This document shows, piece by piece, positions 63,972 to 64,000 of a stretch of DNA of 64,000 bases. Position 1 is the stretch's first letter. Each line of letters starts with the position of its first letter. Origin of the DNA: Candidatus Poseidoniaceae archaeon (GTDB lineage: Archaea; Thermoplasmatota; Poseidoniia; Poseidoniales; Poseidoniaceae); assembly GCA_949373095.1 (NCBI GenBank), contig CASIBY010000001.1, forward strand, positions 68,882-132,881. The letters are read 5' to 3'. The notes below the pieces were generated by a model. That model saw nothing but the letters and a program-made list of their open reading frames with translations. It did no database searches and had not been told where the DNA came from. The translations under genes and the position numbers were made by a program.

Positions 63972-64000
63972 AACATACGACCCCGAATTATCAAAGAGTG

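Noticed and set aside
1-64000. CRISPR arrays, rRNA genes, IS elements/transposases and toxin-antitoxin or known defence cassettes.
   Set aside because: No regularly spaced direct repeats, no rRNA-like stretches and no transposase, integrase or nuclease-helicase defence signatures were seen in any of the ORF translations.

Overview
This is a densely coding chromosomal segment with about 52 protein genes, 2 tRNAs, and no rRNA, CRISPR array, transposase or integrase. I read it as an uncultured marine planktonic euryarchaeon, probably Marine Group II/Poseidoniales-like. That assignment is inference. It rests on a PGF-CTERM sorting signal, archaeal-type RibB and RibL, an NFACT/RqcH homologue, a tRNA-Gln with an A1:U72 pair, and many bacterial-type housekeeping genes (RNase PH, Orn, GpsA, thiolase, acyl-CoA dehydrogenase).

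Gene content:
- Several large, very acidic, Ca-binding-type surface proteins: a 2128-aa FG-GAP plus thrombospondin-type-3 protein, a 908-aa lipobox plus PGF-CTERM protein with LDL-A-like and EF-hand-like motifs, and smaller TSP3 and anchored proteins.
- Peptidases of families M29, M32 and S8.
- A riboflavin operon (ribB-ribL-ribE-ribH).
- Scattered molybdenum-cofactor and sulfur-transfer genes (mogA, moeB-rhodanese, mocA-like, xdhC).
- Membrane transport genes: a KvAP-like K+ channel, aquaporin, CaCA exchanger and MFS transporter.
- An ABC importer whose binding protein is a two-lobed transferrin homologue. This is the most striking item in the window.

Other notable observations:
- Several genes carry single-nucleotide frameshifts: the RGG tail of the DEAD-box helicase, a rhodanese, an S8 protease with about five shifts, and possibly the last TSP3 gene.
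- Four translationally coupled gene junctions share a near-identical AAGGAGGAAGAG Shine-Dalgarno cassette encoded by a K-E-E-E C-terminus.
- Three convergent gene pairs have back-to-back stop codons.
- There is a 1351-aa polytopic membrane protein of unknown function.

All functional calls come from motif recognition by eye. No database search was run.
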